DNA of 63,657 nt, the filler included, from Octopus bimaculoides (taxonomy: Eukaryota), in the NCBI RefSeq assembly GCF_001194135.2. It is 3 parts of 3 records of this genome, joined end to end, with 100 filler letters (N's around TTAATTAATTAA, not from the genome) between each part and the next. Parts side by side here need not be neighbours in the genome. Positions count along the whole stretch, not along the records: positions 39,281 to 63,657 come from NC_068981.1; 2 more parts are not named here. One strand, given 5' to 3'. How positions within the stretch are numbered: position 1 is the stretch's first letter; every line of letters starts with the position of its first letter. The translations under genes and the position numbers were made by a program. Under the pieces are notes generated by a model. The model was not told the origin of the DNA. It saw nothing but the letters and a program-made list of their open reading frames with translations, and made no database searches. Of this stretch, positions 63,346 to 63,657 are shown in pieces.

Positions 63346-63657
63346 ATCATCATCATCATCGTCGTTTAACGTCCGCTTTCCATGCTAGCATGGGTTGGAC
63401 GATTTGACTGAGGACTAGTGAAACCAGATGGCTACACCAGGCTCCAATCTGATTTGGCAGAGTTTCTACAGCTGGATGCACTTCCTAACGCCAACCACTC
63501 AGAGAGTGTAGTGGGTGCTTTTTACGTGCCACCGGCACGAAAGCCAGTCAGGAGGTACTGGCAACGGCCATGCTCAAAATCGTGTATTTTATGTGCCACC
63601 CGCACAAGAGCCAGTCCATGGGCACTGGCAACGATCTCGCTCGAAAGTCCTTACACA
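63346..63657 (-). mobile_element. Family C retroposon, inverted relative to the 42744-43076 copy
   Basis: Close reverse-complement match to 42764-43076; runs off the window end. Confidence 0.8.

Overview
This is AT-rich, microsatellite-dense animal genomic DNA with many N gaps. The repeat families resemble octopus/coleoid cephalopod SINEs and LINEs; that assignment is an inference and no search was run. Two identical 100-bp spacers (44 N + TTAATTAATTAA + 44 N, at 23054-23153 and 39181-39280) look like artificial scaffold joins, so the window is probably three segments placed end to end. The only well-supported host gene is ADAT1 (tRNA-specific adenosine deaminase 1, ADAR-related) on the + strand. 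Its coding exons 1-8 lie at 40244-61901 with consistent GT-AG phases and the HAE, PCGD and SCSDK motifs, and the 3' end runs out of the window. An isolated 69-nt first coding exon resembling PDE9A lies at 23768-23836. The rest is transposon-derived: tRNA-derived SINEs, RTE-type LINEs, R4/Dong-like and other RLE retrotransposons next to microsatellites, Tc1/mariner remnants, MITEs, a Helitron fragment and Penelope-like elements. The most interesting sequence-level signal is a composite element in ADAT1 intron 1, just upstream of exon 2: a tRNA head, (TAA)n, and a Penelope-type tail carrying a minimal type I hammerhead ribozyme motif. A second is a Penelope fold-back with ~650-bp arms in intron 6. 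Most ORFs in the supplied track are artefacts of gaps or microsatellites.
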